Under the pieces are notes generated by a model. That model was not told the DNA's origin. It worked only from the letters and a program-made list of their open reading frames with translations, and searched no databases. 64,000 nt of DNA from Antedon mediterranea (Eukaryota > Animalia > Echinodermata): contig NC_092672.1 in the NCBI RefSeq assembly GCF_964355755.1, positions 31,998,437-32,062,436 of the forward strand, in the 5' to 3' direction. A program made the translations under genes and the position numbers. Shown piece after piece: positions 37,301 to 51,700 of the stretch. Numbering within the stretch: the first letter of the stretch is position 1; each line of letters starts with the position of its first letter.

Positions 37301-40300
37301 AAGATTTCTCCTTTGCTTTTGTGTAAAGAAATTCTATGGTCTTATGTTGTATTATAAGGTTGACCTTGATTCAAGGTGGGGTGATTTTATGCTGTTTGTT
37401 TATCTTTTTGAGATTTGATAAAAGGTATCTATACTAATAATAGACTGTATGGTGTGACATTGAGTATGTGCGTGCCAGCAGTTTAATAACAGCTGCCTTA
37501 CCCTATCATACATTAGACGGACGCATTATAAAATGATACAAATACATGTTCAATTCAAGTATTTTATTCTATCAAGCACTCTGGCTCGAAAATTGTTTTG
37601 TTTGTCATGTACTGTATATAAAACATAAGTTTTGTGGTTTTATTCTCTTTGGATCATCCAAAAGAAAATGTTATGAATAATATACAGAGATCCAGATAAA
37701 TCTTTACACCAACTAAAAATATGATGATGAAATGCTAAAATACAAACAGCACGACAACACAGGGTAAAATACAAAAGCAACAAATACAAAAATTACATAA
37801 AAAGGTTAAACATGGCAGTAATAGTATAAAATATGATGAAAATGTAAATGTATAAAAATTTGATAAAAGCTTGTTCACCTGACAAAATTTGCATTAAAAA
37901 GCCTCATGGCAGATTGGAGAAAAGAAGTTCGTAATCTATTAGTTTTCATATTAAAACATAATTAATACCCTTTTGTTCATTTCAAAAGAAAATATTCTCC
38001 TGTAATTTATTTGGCTATAAAATAAGTTGATTGCAATATTTAATAATGATACATTGCAATAAAGTATGAAAAATTCTATTATAGGACATTATAATTTACC
38101 ATTGTTCATTTCAAAGGAAAATGTTGCCTTTATTAAATTATAGGGATGTTTCAAAGGTTTCTCATGTAATGTAATTTGAACAAAATAAGTTGATTGCAAT
38201 ATTTGATAATGATACATTGCAATAAAGTATGAAAAATTCTATTATAGGACATTATAATTTACCATTGTTCATTTCAAAGGAAAATGTTGCCTTTATTAAA
38301 TTATAGGGATGTTTAAAAGGTTTCTCATGTAATGTAATTTGAACAAAATAAGTTGATTGCAATATTTAATAATGATACATTGCAATAAAGTATAAAAAAT
38401 TCTATTATAGGACAATATAATTTACCATTGTTCATTTCAAAGGAAAATGTTGCCTTTATTAAATTATAGGGATGTTTAAAAGGTTTCTCATGTAATGTAA
38501 TTTGAACAAAATAAGTTGATTGCAATATTTGATAATGATACATTGCAATAAAGTATAAAAAATTCTATTATAGGACATTATAATTTACCATTGTTCATTT
38601 CAAAGGAAAATGTTGCCTTTATTAAATTATAGGGATGTTTCAAAGGTTTCTCATGTAATGTAATTTGAACAAAATAAGTTGATTGCAATATTTGATAATG
38701 ATACATTGCAATAAAGTATGAAAAATTCTATTAAAGGACATTATAATTTAATTATAATAGAGGTCAGGGTTTTTACAATTTAAAAATGTGTTTTTTTATT
38801 GTAAAAAAATGAATTTTATTCCTTAGGGTACCCCCACGGCCACCCAGAAGCTGAAAGTTTTGATAAGGATATTCTGCACTTAAAACAGAAAGTAGACGCC
38901 GGTGCGGACTTCATCATTACGCAACTTTTTTTCCAGGCCAGTACGTTTTTAAAGTTTTTAAGTGCCTGTCGCCAAGCCGGAATAACAGTGCCTATTATAC
39001 CAGGAATTCTACCCATTCAGGTACAGTAAATGTTCGTATTTATTAACTGTAGACAAAATAATGTAATAAAACGAAGATGATCTATATTATTTTTCCGTTA
39101 TTAAAATTGCCAATGCTTTAGTTTATTTTATTATTATTAAATTATTATATTATTTGATAAGAAATCGTGATTGTTAAATTGTAATAAAGAAAGTTTAAAA
39201 TAAACTATACAACAATTATTAACATAATTTTATATTAAATTTTATATATTTGATGTCTATATCATAAAATTATACTGTATATTTAATTTTTTTATATTAT
39301 TACAATTGCATGATAAAACATTTCTATTTTTATTTTATGTGGTACCTTTTTGTAAAAATTCATATATTAATAAATATTTATGATTTTTAATCATATTTAT
39401 GTTTTTTTAATTTATATCAACAATATTTTATGAGGGTTGTCCATCCAGCCGAAGCTGATCATTAGGAACCCTCACAAAAATACAATATCATATATAAAAT
39501 TCTAATTTTCCATATGTTGTCATTTTTAATGTATTTTTAAAGCATTTTGACATCTGGTGTTTGATAAATATATATTTTATCTTTTAAATGTTCAAATCAA
39601 TATCCTTTGAAAAGAACGAAATATCTTATTTTTACTTTTGTATTATTTGTGAAATTTTCCTGCTATTTTCACATTGAACTGTTTCCCAGAGTGTAGTGTT
39701 ATTGAAAGTCAGCTGTGGATGGAATTTTCCGTCATGTGTGTAGCGATAAAGGTTTCATGCTTTACAATACTGCCGGTAAATTGATTGTAGTATACGACGT
39801 TTTCACTGCTGGTCTATGCTAATATATTCACACTGTAGTATTGATGAATTTATTAAATCTTCCGGCACAGAACAAATTGTAAACCGCCCGGTGATGTACT
39901 GAAAATGAATTAATTAGAAAAGATGCCGTCTCGGTACTTTATTGTGTTTTTATCCTATGATTTTATGTCGGAATAAAGAAATAAATAAATAAATAATAAA
40001 AGATGAGATCTTCAAGAATATGTTTTTATTCACGATATGTTAATTTATTATGTGTTTGCATTTCCATTCATCTTTCATGTTTATGCGTATTTAATGGAAC
40101 CACCCTCGTAAAATATTGTTGAAATAAAATAAATTTTACTTTAATACAGGGATATCATTCGCTGAAAAACCTTGTGAAATTGTCGGGACTGCAAGTACCA
40201 AAATATATCATTGACGTAGTTGAACCAATCAAAGATAATGATGAGGCAATCAGAAATTACGGCATTCACCTTTCAACCCAGATATGTCGAGAACTCTTTG

Positions 40301-43300
40301 ATAGGTACGAATATTAATTAGTTTTACTTAATAATTCAAGATTTGCTATCCTCTCTCTGATTGTTAGTTGACCTGGATAATTCCCAGGGTACCATTTAGA
40401 GGTCACCCGAGTGTTATGGAATTTTCCATCATGATTGCTTATTCCTAAGATTTTCTATCCTCTTTTTTTTTTGCTATTTATAAAGTTTGCCCATGTGTTT
40501 CCATCATGCTGCTTATGTGTCAAGTTTGCTATCCTCTTTAGTTGACCTGGATAATTCCCAGGGTATCATTTTAGGATTACTGCTGATACATATTGTGGAA
40601 CTTTCCATCATGTAACATTACTAACAAGTTTTAGGATGAAAACAAATATTTGAAAGAAAAGCAAACACTTTATTTAGCATTATCATTTGCAAATAATGAA
40701 CATGGAGGTTGTAGCACCAAATTCTAGAGGGTAATTCATTTATTATTAATTGATGGTTGACTTTCACTAGTTGACCTTGACTTTGCTGGTTGACTTTGTT
40801 AGTTGACCATCGTTTGTGGTTCGATTTGATTTAATAGTTTACTTTGGTTTATTGATTAATGGCTGACCATTGGTTTAACCATGGAGGTATAATCTATTTT
40901 TATACCTCCATGGTTTAACAGTTGACTGTGGCTTTGATAGTTGACCATGGCTTTGGGGGTTAACCATTGGTTTAATGGCTCATCATTGGTTGACCTTGGC
41001 ATTTTTGTTTGACCATGGCTTTGATGATGGTTGACTATGGCTTTGATCATTGACCATTGGTTTATTAGTTAAACATGGCTTTGATCTTTGATGACCATTG
41101 GATTAATGGTGGACCTTTGACTTTTTGTTAGAATAGATTGACTTTGACCATGGGTTGACAATTACTTATTTTTTCTTATCTTTCAGTGGCCATGTTTTAG
41201 GACTTCATTTCTACACCTTAAACAGAGAAATCGCCACAAGAGAAATTGCCAAAAACCTTGGACTGTGGTGTAATGAGCTACAAAGACCATTACCATGGAA
41301 ACCAACAGCCAATCACACTAGAGTAAAAGAGGATGTTCGTCCAATATTTTGGGCAACTCGTCCAAAAAGTTATGTATATAGGTAGGTGATTAGCTTTCCC
41401 AGTATCCTCATAGGCCTCTCGATACCAGAAAGTTTTCGTAATAGTTGCTAAATTACTAAATAATTATTAGATTATTATTAATGGTAAATATCGTAAAAAT
41501 ATATAAAGCCATTTTGAAGGGTACCTGCACTTTTTCCATCACGTTGCTGTTGTGTAGTTGATTCTCTAGTTGTAATATAATAACTCTATGCCTTAAAGAA
41601 GAAAGTCCCCCTAAAAAAAAAAATTAGTTTTTTAATGTTTTTGATAAAAATGTCATTTTAATATCACATAATAGTTGGATATCACAAAAATTTGATTTAA
41701 AAAATGTATTTACCTGAAAAAACTGTAATTTAACGGAAAAAATAATCAAAGTCAATTGGTTTTTCTTGAATTTAACAATCTATTTTTTTATTTTTTTTCC
41801 TCTATGGAATTTAACTTTATTAAGGTATTTTTATATTAATCTTCATTTTTCATGTTTTTGGGAGACAATACATCTTTAATTAATGTTGTCATCTAACGTT
41901 CATAGATGTTATTGGCTTCTTATTTTTTTTTATTTCAACCATATTTAAAGAGGGTAACCATTTTAGTTTAGCCCAGTGGGATAACTGATATTCAGGGGCC
42001 CTCTTTAATAACATTAAAATACATTGCAACAATTTATATGAAAAAAATATAATCATATTCCGTTGATTGTTTTATTTGATTTAGAACTCAGGATTGGGAT
42101 GAGTTTCCAAACGGTCGCTGGGGTAACTCTAACTCGCCAGCGTTTGGGGAGATGAAAGACTATTATCTGTTTTACCTGCGAAGCAATGCTACAAAGGACC
42201 AGATGATAAAGCAGTGGGGGGAAGAGCTTACGTGTGAACAAGACGTCTTTGATGTCTTCTCATGCTATCTGTCAGGTGAACCTAATAGATATGGCAACAA
42301 GGTAAAGCTAAATAATTTTACTAATGTTGATGTTTGATTTTGTTAGGAACAGATGTTGAAATGAAAATGTTGTATTGAAATGGTGCCTGTCATTTCAGGA
42401 GGTTTCGGTTTTTAGTGGTATTTTACAGAGAAGAACAGTATATCACTATTTGAGAAAAAAATAACGGGAGAGGGAAGCTGCATAAATTTTATTTGCACAT
42501 GGCACAGTACTGTATATACAGTGTCGCATGTGTACCACATGTGCTGCCTGTATCTTAAACCCTAACCTAACTGTCCATGATACAGGCTGCACATGTGATA
42601 CACTGTGACACTTTATTACAGCTTATTGTACTGGACGTGAATGTCATTTGTGGTACAGCACAAAGCATCTGATGTATGGCTGTACTTTTTATTATTATTA
42701 ATGAACTATAACATTTATAGGTAACGCGCATCCCGTGGAATGACGACGAGATCGCTCCCGAGACTCAACGCCTTTGTAAGAATCTGGTGGAGTTGAATAA
42801 ACAAGGAATCCTGACAATCAACTCACAACCAAATGTCAATGGAGAGGACTCCACAGATCCAGTAGTTGGATGGGGCCCTCCAGGGGGCTTTGTCTATCAG
42901 AAGGTATGCTTCTCATAATACTAACTGTACAAATATGGCAATGATATGCTTAAATATGGTAGTGATATGCTTAAATATGGTAGTGATATGACGTCAACAT
43001 GTCCATATATGGGCACATCAAATTTCTTTGTCACATTAAGTTTGATAGTGTAGACAGAGCAGAGAGAAGAAATTATGATGTGGGATTATACTAAAGCTCT
43101 GTCTACACTATCAAACCTCATCTGACAAAAAAATGTAATGTGCCTATTATGGACATGATGATGTCATATCACTACCATATTTAAGCATATCACTGCCATA
43201 TTTGGGCTCATCACACTGTTTTTGTCAAACTAGTTTGATAGTGTAGACAGAGCTTAAGTCATGTAGGATAATATTATTAGCAAATGTTCTTTTTTCTTTG

Positions 43301-46300
43301 TAGGCCTATCTAGAGTTCTTTACATCTAGGGATAATATGGAAGCGTTACTAGAAGTGCTACGAGACTACCCTCAGGTTAATTTCCATATCATCAACCACA
43401 CAGTAAGTCTGATTTTTATACGGGGTACCCGAGTCTAGTACTCTCTCATCTTCTTCTCTTCTTCTTCTTCCATTGGACACTATCGAGTAAAAAGTGCGAT
43501 TTATAAAGTACTACTCCTCCCTTATTAGTTGTAGTATTGAGCTGGGATTTGGCATGAATATACTACAGGGACATGTCCTCAAAGGTATAGAGCCGGATTT
43601 TTAAATTTCAAACCGGATGCAGCCATATGACGTCTCGAAGATGGTACCGTATAGCCGTATTTGGTAGCGAGGTTATTGATGTGTATATGACGTCACATCC
43701 CGTCTTATGACGTCATTACAGCTTTTTTTGCTGTACCCCGAGTATCGCACATTCGTGCTTGTTTCTTACAAGCAGTACAAATGGGTACATTAAGGAATTG
43801 CCAAAATATGCTTATTATTAATATTTCAAGTGTTCTTTAGTTGAAAAAAGTCTCCCTTTAAATATAATATCCCTTTCATATCACCTTGCCAAATTCTGGA
43901 GTTTCCACAGAGCTTGACGGCACACCATACAAAACACTGGTTAACAACCGCTCTGTGTTTTCCTAGGAACGGTTTTATTGTAAAATATTTCTTTATTTTA
44001 AGTTCAGGTCTAATTTATATGGTACAATTTCCTTCCATATACAATGTAGTTTGATATCATGATTCATTTTACCAGGGCACCGAAAACATCAGAAATTCCG
44101 ATGAGTTCAAGCCGATTGCGGTCACCTGGGGCGTGTTCCCAGGGGCCGAGATCATCCAGCCCACGGTTGTTGACACTATTAGTTTCCAGTATTGGAAGGT
44201 TTGTGATCTGTTCTTGTTAACTTACTTCCTCCCTCTGCTAATATGGAAGCATGATGATGCACTATGATGTATTATATCAAATAATTTAAATTGACATTTG
44301 ACCTGGCCGTGTGCTATAAATAGATTTTTTAATCTATTGCAAATTAAAATTGTAAATACAAAATGTATCTCAAAAGCAACTTTGTGTTGTTATGGTAACA
44401 AAAACACATTCATTTTAGATTTTTTTTCTTCATATTTGTTGCGTCTCTGCAATAGTAAAACCAAAGCCTTTTTAAATTACAATAAAATTAAATTACAGTA
44501 AAATTATTAATTTTTAATATCCAAAATTAAATTTTAGTTTATTAGTATATTTTATGCTCATCATGCTTCCAAATTATAACATTATGAAATTAAAAAAAAA
44601 TATTTTTATTAAATTATTTTGAAATACCACAAAAAAGGACATTTTTTATATGATTTTTCATGATTTCTCATATTATTGATCACAAAGTTTTATTATTGAA
44701 TTTTGATAAAAAAAATATTTTATTCAATCATTTTGAAAAAAAAAAGAAAGAAAAATTTTCAATTTTCATGATTACTGAATGGCCAAATTTGATTAAAAAA
44801 CTTCAAATTTAATAACTTCAAATTAATTATTAAATATGGTATAATACTGACTTGGTTGAGGTTTACTAATAATGGTTATTTAAAAAAGGCAAAATTATTA
44901 ACTTGCTTCAATATTTTATATTTTATTTGCATAGGTGCATGGACTATACATTTTTTAAATAAAATTGAAAGTGAAAAAAATAACACAATTTTGAAAAAGA
45001 AAAAATCTTTAATTTCACATATTCGATTAATTTGACAAATTTTATTTTTTATCATAAATATTTAATTACATTATAAATAATATTTGTATTATTCATTGAT
45101 TGGTAAAGGTATAATAAATATATTGTTTGTATTTTTGTTTGTAAATGTAAATAAATTGCTAAATTTCCCATTTTTTTTCCCAGTTTTATAAACATTTGCA
45201 AAGCTTGATATCTACACTGGCTACAATTTGCCAATTATGATTTCATTTCAAATAATTTATTTACAAACAATATATTTATTATTTATTTGTTGCATGTTAA
45301 TTTGTATGACATAACATGATGCGATTTTTTTTCTGTTCTGAACATTTACAGCAACTGACTGTGTTTCAGCGTATCAACATCTGGTGTTTTTTTTTCAGTG
45401 TTTTTACAAAAAATTAATGTTTGATATCTCTAAAGAGGGCCAAAGGTCATAGTTTATTTTGGGATAAAAAAACTTTTCAAATGGCTTTAAATTTTAGTGT
45501 ATATTTTACAATGCAAATAAACATTAAAATAAGTTTCTTTTGTTTTAGTGTTTATATACATTGTATAAGGTATAGCAAGGCCTGTCGTAAAAAAAAGTGT
45601 TTTTATTTCATGTAAATCTCTGCCTTATAGTGCTTTTTATAGATGTTAAACCCACTTTGACTTTTGACCCAACAAATATATATTTTAGATCTTTGGAAAA
45701 TCATAATTCAGATTTTTAACAAAATATCAAATAATAAAATGTAATTTGTAAATTAATCTGTAAATGCAAAATTAATATTTTATAAATTGTAAGTGTCTGG
45801 AAAAATTAAAAAATTAACTTAAAAATGAATTTCATAATTTTACAAGATTTTAAAATGTGTTTGTTAAAGTCAAAGGTCGTGAAACAGAAAGGATTATTAA
45901 AGCAAAAAATTAGCTTGCACTAATCAAGCAATTATTATAAACTTAAACTTAAATTAAAAATTAGATTATAATTAGACAGCACAATATATACAATGATAGT
46001 CCTTTCTGTTTTGTAATGCACAATTCCAAGAATAAGGTATTTTTCTGAATAATATCAACAATTTACACTTGTAGTTTAATTAAATACTTTTAAAAATGAA
46101 TTTATAAATTGTAGTATTACAAACACTATTATTTTAACGTGCACCGCTTAAAAATAAATTTGGTGTCCGCTGTTTTTAAGCCAAATAAACAAAAGTGGAT
46201 GAGCGTATTAAGAGACGCCTTAAAAAAAAATTCAGAAAAATACTTTTGTTGGGTTGTTAAAATTAAATGGATAAGTAGTGTGAGTGGGGGTGTGTGTGTG

Positions 46301-49300
46301 TGCCACGAAACTTGCGTGAAGCCGTCCGTCCGGGAAGGTCATGTGAGGTCAGCATCGTCTCTACAGGTATATTTAGTATCGCTGTTAATTGTTTAAATTT
46401 ATAGTAAATATTTCATTCAACATTTATTTAAATTGCTATAAAATAATATATAAAAACTGAAATTAAAATCATAAAATTTCAACTATTTTACTTATTTGGG
46501 TAAATACTGGTATATATATTAAAAACAAATAATATGACATAAAATGTATATTTAAATCAAGGACTTAAGTTGTTAAATAGTGTATCAATATTTTTAAATA
46601 TGTTAAATTATTAATTCTCTTTCAAATTTAAAAGTTTTAATTAAAACTTTATTACACTAAATTCCCAAACTTACTCTTAAATTTGATTAACAACATTGCT
46701 ATATTTCCAATTCACTGGCAACCTACCTGAAAAAATTTGTGATCAAAGCCAAAAAATTGTGGACTAAAATGAGAAAAGATTCTGAGGGGTGTTTTGCACT
46801 ATATCTTATATCATGGAGCATTAGCTCAGAAGGCTAGAGCGTGCAGTCCTTTAGGATTGTGCAGGTCGAAGGTTCGAATCCCTCATGCACCTGATTAAGA
46901 TCTGAAGACAAACCTCGGAATCTGACTCTTATGACAAAAATTATCTGTGAAAAATCTGAAATGAATTAGCTTGTGGATTGGTATATATGATATAATTGGT
47001 ATACAGAATAAACAAAATTATTGCTGAAATTAGAATTCTAAAAATATCAAAAAGTACAAAACATATCTATAAAAAAAAACTTATTTTGGCACATAATGTA
47101 TAATATAGATTGAATGTTTTCCAAATTTGAATCATAAACCTTCTGCCAAATGTGTTTTATTAATAATAAATTATAATATGATTTCCATTTAAGCTTTTGC
47201 CAACTCTTGTTTGAGTCTAGGCCGTTCCGCCTGAACTTGTCCTTACTGTGGATAGTTTGAAGGTTCGAACCCTTCATTCTCAAACTATGAGTAAAGCTTA
47301 ATTTACATATTAATTTGCATATAATTTACATAATAATATTTTCTGAATAATTAATATATTTTTTTAATAATCGGCAATTATTCTCCAATTTGGATAATTA
47401 AAATATTTAATGTTTCTTTGTAAATTAACAATTAAATTTTAAGTAAATACTAAAAACTAAAATAATAATACAAGTTAATGATAAATTAATGATAAATACT
47501 TATTTTACGATATTTATGATGAAATAGTATGTGTAGATAAAATCTGTAGATAAGTAATTAAGGTTTATATTGTAATGATTGAATAATCTCGTACCAATAT
47601 AAGAACAATTGACTAAATTACATTTGAATAATAAAAATATATAATAATACAGTAAATAATACTATGGAGTATGTAAAACAACTCATCACAATAAAGGTCT
47701 GAATACAGTAAAACCCTTTAAAGAGACCCAACATGTTCCGCCATGATATGGGGTGTCCCCTGAATAGAGGTGTCGCATAAATAGGGGTGTCCCCTGAATA
47801 GGGGTTAGCTGTAGTGCTGAAATATATATTGCCCCTTGTTCGTTTTACCGGAAAATGTCCCCTTTATTGGGGTGTCCCCTGAATAGGGGTGTCCCCTGAA
47901 TAGGGGTGTCCCCTTAATAAGGGTGCTTCCTAAATACGGGTTAGCTGTAGTGTTAAATATTTCACATTGTGTTTTTCATTGATAAGTGTGCCCTTAATAG
48001 AGGTTGTCCCAAAGAAGGTTCTCTACTGTATTACAAAATTACTGACTCCACACACAATTTGATATTCAATCATTTCAATATGAAAGGGTGATAATTATTA
48101 GTTAAGTTAAACGTTGTTGTCTAATGATTATCTGTGCACACATGACTTATTGGTAGTGGTCTACTATAAGGTAATTGAGTCACATGTTCATAAAACATTT
48201 TTTACAAAGTACTGCCTGATTACCTAATTTATTGTGTATACTTTATAATCAAGTTTTTCGTTTAAGAAAGTATTTTGACTAAAATGACAGGAAAGTATTA
48301 AAGTATAGTATTTTGTCATTAATATTTCATGAACATGTAACTTTATTACTTTTAGTTGATTATTACTAACATTTTTTATGGTGCATTTCCCTGTTTTATT
48401 TAAATATTATATTTTACAGATGAAAAAAAAAATGGTTTTATAAAACTTAAGAATAATGCTTTTGTTTGATGGCTATCAGCTCATTGGCTAGCAACTTGAC
48501 TTGTTGCTAGCTGATTGGCTAACAGTTTGACATGCTGGTAGCTGATTGGCTAACAGCTTGGCTTGCTGGTAGCTGATTGGCTAACAGCTTGACTTGCTGG
48601 TAGAAGATTGGCTAACAGCTTGACTTGTTGGTAGCCGATTGGCTAGCAGCTTGAATGACTTAAGTTTCATTCCAAATTCCATCATCCTTGTTTTAAAGGT
48701 GTATTGTCTTAAAAAATTAAGTTAAAAAGTAATTTCATCAATAACAATTTTATGAAGATATGTTGTTTTTACTTTGAAAAAACACTGATTCTTTTCCATA
48801 GTAATATGTTTATCATTAATAATGATAAACAGTTTTTCAGCTAAATTTCAAGAAAACAATTCATCTTTAGTAGTAATATATTCTTATCTACTACAAAAGC
48901 ATTATTCTAAATTTTTTGACACCAGATTAAACTATTAAAAACTAATTTTTTAGTAATAATATTAACATAGTCTATTCTCTTCCATAATAGGATGAAGCAT
49001 TTGGCCTGTGGAAAGAAAAGTGGGCCAAGATTTACCCAGAGATGTCAGTGTCTCGTCAGATAATAAATCATATACATGATACGTATTATCTGGTTAACTT
49101 GGTGGACAATCATTATCCTAAAGGAAATGTCCTTTTCGAAATACTTCAAAAGATGTTGAAGAGCAAAGGTAATACTAAAAGGTCAATAGTGTCCATCGAT
49201 GAACTCGACGGTGCTAAGAAAATAAAGGTTAGTTTTATAAATTTTTATTTTTTTAATTTTTATACACATCCACAGCAAGTAACTCGCCTATTACAAAATG

Positions 49301-49626
49301 GATTAACTATTTTATAACTTATCGGGCTTATAAACTAAGTCTCATTTAAGGCTTAGCAAGTTTCACACTATCAAACTAGTTTGAAAAAAAAAAGTGTGCC
49401 CAAATATGGTAGTGATATGACATGTCCATATATTGGCATATCACATTTTTTTAGTCACATAAAGTTTGATCGTGTAGACAGAGCTTTAGGGCAAAACACT
49501 GGACTACTTGACCTCTGACACAAAGCTGCTATTAGTTATTTTTTTTAAAACTTGAAATTAAATCTGTTTTTTATGTAACAGTATCTTTATCTTTTATTTT
49601 TGCAGATGGATGAAGAAATGAATTGA
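34376..49626 (+). CDS. MTHFR: Methylenetetrahydrofolate reductase, 12 coding exons
   Basis: Exons 34376-34656, 35077-35315, 36072-36185, 38827-39020, 40150-40304, 41187-41381, 42085-42301, 42721-42903, 43304-43402, 44076-44198, 48991-49227, 49606-49626. Ser-rich N-terminus, [77 protein letters not shown] probable non-coding first exon ends at the GTGAGT donor near 33858. Confidence 0.97.
35679..35793. repeat. 20-bp tandem repeat
   Basis: CAGTTGGTCAAGSTGATGTA, about 5.7 copies. Confidence 0.95.
37970..38750. repeat. 163-bp tandem repeat in MTHFR intron 3
   Basis: Unit starts ATTGTTCATTTCAAAGG at 38101, 38264, 38427, 38590, with a degenerate copy upstream. Confidence 0.95.
40760..41155. repeat. 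Degenerate TTGACCATGG-type repeat array
   Basis: Many GTTGACCAT/GGCTTTGA variants at irregular spacing. Confidence 0.7.
43095..43254. mobile_element. Harbinger/PIF-like MITE family A (representative full copy)
   Basis: TIR AGCTCTGTCTACACTATCAAAC...GTTTGATAGTGTAGACAGAGCT with TAA on both sides. Other full or partial copies at about 634, 12137-12273, 12533-12674, 14224-14324, 22431, 24477-24623, 35876-36007, 42930-43040, 49363-49485, 56869-57023. Confidence 0.85.
43413..43764. mobile_element. Helentron-associated (DINE-1/HINE-like) non-autonomous element
   Basis: Starts TTTTTATA, has subterminal inverted repeats CGGGGTAC/GTACCCCG, an internal (CTT)n tract, a 3' hairpin GCAC-ATTC-GTGC and ends CTTGTTT. 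Confidence 0.5.
46336..46351 (+). promoter_or_regulatory. Perfect DR4 nuclear-receptor element
   Basis: AGGTCA-TGTG-AGGTCA. Confidence 0.55.
46815..47020 (+). mobile_element. tRNA-derived SINE or tRNA pseudogene
   Basis: A-box TAGCTCAGAAGG, D stem GCTC/GAGC, B-box GGTTCGAATCC, imperfect acceptor stem GGAGCAT/ATGCACC, abnormal anticodon arm, followed by a unique body and AT-rich tail. Confidence 0.65.
47706..48028. mobile_element. Tc1/mariner-like MITE with internal ATAGGGGTGTCCCCTGA repeats
   Basis: TA-CAGTAAAACC...GGTTCTCTACTG-TA. Related fragments at about 1800-1870, 4923-4990, 7507-7696, 52960-53010. Confidence 0.6.
48480..48655. repeat. 31-bp tandem repeat
   Basis: GCTGATTGGCTAACAGCTTGRCTTGCTGGTA, 5-6 copies. 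Confidence 0.9.
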
Positions 49627-51412
49627 GATGTCGAATAAAATGTTGAATAATCGCACTTAAATATTGCATTTAAATCTGGTGGTGGCACTGCTAGAAACAT
49701 TTGAACACCTTAAACGTTGCTTAAATAATGAGCTCCAATTTTCAAGTACAGTATTACACAATGTTGAAAACCTTTAAAGCATTATAAATGGATTTGTTAT
49801 TGATGAACTATGCTGTAGCAGTCACTACATACTTGAAGCATTGATGATGTTGATTGGAGGAATTCAAATACTGTATAGACATGCTTAATGCTTAGTATCA
49901 GTTGAATATTTGTGGTGTGGTTGTGGACGAATATTTCAAAGTAAAATGGTGTAAAACCAGTTACAGCCAGATTAGAAATGTTTTACTCCATCTTGAGGCT
50001 GAATACCTAGAAAAACATTCAATTTATAATGGTGCTTTACTTAAGTCACAACACAGAAAGAAGAAAGCACAATTTAGTTGAATACAACTCATAGTTTTTT
50101 TAATTACTACTTAAATGTGGAATGAGATCAAAGTTGAATGTTGCTGTTTGTGAATATGTTACAATATAGTTGTTTTATGACCTTATGTAAATGTTGTTTA
50201 CATAGATTGTTCTTTTTTGTGGGGTGGGGGGGGGGGGGTGGGCGGAGGTGTGTTTACACTTTTGTGTTTTGCTGATTTGATACTATTTTTGTGGTTATAT
50301 TTTCGATAATGAATCATATTATCAAAGAGTTGTGATCCATTAGAATCAAATGTATTTATTTCAAATAAGTATGTATGTATATCTTGCTTATTGTAAACAT
50401 ACTGCCTATTATAAGTCACAGGTGCAATGTTGGTGGTACAACACTTACTGGTATTTAATTTGCCAATTTAAAATCTTGGTTATTTCATAATTTATTTTCA
50501 TAAATAGAATTTTAGGTATTTATACGCGATATGATAAGATTGGTCACTCTCTGTCACATAGTTGCGCTTTACTGCCAGTCGCTGCCACAAGGGGAATTCC
50601 AACGATTGTCTGGTTTTGTTTTGGTTGTGTTGTCTGAAAATTATTTCTCCTTTAAACAGTTTTATGGAGACCAATTTTAAATTGTCTGTGTATTTTTTAT
50701 ACTGCTTTTTATTTAAAATTTGCATTGCTATTTAAATAAACTGCCAACATTTTAATGTCCTAATTTGTTGATTTACTAATTTTTTTTTACGGAATAGATA
50801 AAATACTGTAATACTGTAAAATATAAATAATTGAATTATTTTAAATATCAACTATTATTTATAATACAGAGTACTATATTGCATGTGTAAGGGTTTGTTT
50901 ATTCTTTAAACAATTTTTGGGTTGAAATAATATATAGTACAAAAACAAGGTTACCAACGTGTTTAAAAACATCATACTACTCACTATTTAACATTACGAT
51001 GTAATGTATTTGTTTTTTATATCGAACATTAGTTATTTTTTGTCACAACTAAAAATACAGACCCATATACAAGGTTTTTGTTTATTTTAGATTGTTGTTT
51101 TTTATTTTAGTTGTATATATGTAGAACAAAAAACAAGGTTGAAATAAATTTGAAGTTACAAAATAGTTTTATGTAGCAATTTCTTTAAGTCACATTGTTG
51201 TTGTTAAATTATGTATATAAACGTAGTCTAGCTTTAGACCGCAATTTATTATTTGTAATTTCAAACACATTTTTCCACAAATGGGCTTCCTTATGCTTGG
51301 GCTGGATTGAAAACAAAATGGCCACCACTGTATCTGAAGATGAATGGAAGGTCATGCATTGGCACATATTTCGTTTATCAGGCTTTTTATATATATTTAT
51401 CAGTATTATATT

Positions 51413-51700
51413 AGACCACATTTACACTTCGATTTGGGCTGCCCCGGAACGCTCCTGGGTCGGCAATTGATAAGTGTAAACATTTCATAAAGTTAGGCTG
51501 GCAGATGCGGACCTGAACCACATCTCGAGGTGGGTCTGGGCCGGCTTGAGAAAATGATTTAAATCAATCCTCAAGGATGGAACACAAATGTAAACGTGCT
51601 GTATCAGGCCCAAACAATTTAATTTGAACCCAATCCTGGAGTGGCCTAGGATACAATCCTGTAGCGGCCTAAGACCCAATCATAAGTGTAAATGGGATCC
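51413..51700. mobile_element. Palindromic MITE downstream of SCO
   Basis: AGACCACATTTACACTT...AAGTGTAAATGGGATCC imperfect TIRs with internal GTAAA repeats. Confidence 0.55.

Noticed and set aside
39411-40133. About 33-bp inverted repeat suggesting a 720-bp TIR element
   Set aside because: The same motif occurs alone near 41930 and looks like a retroelement 3' tail; no TSD seen, so two opposed fragments are as likely.
43570-43579. Perfect p53 half-site GGACATGTCC in an MTHFR intron
   Set aside because: Single half-site inside a repeat element with no adjacent partner.
44250-44275. Box C-like ATGATGA suggesting an intronic snoRNA
   Set aside because: No box D (CTGA) at a suitable distance and no terminal stem.
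46815-46892. Functional tRNA gene
   Set aside because: Mismatches in the acceptor and T stems and no canonical 7-nt anticodon loop; better explained as a SINE head.
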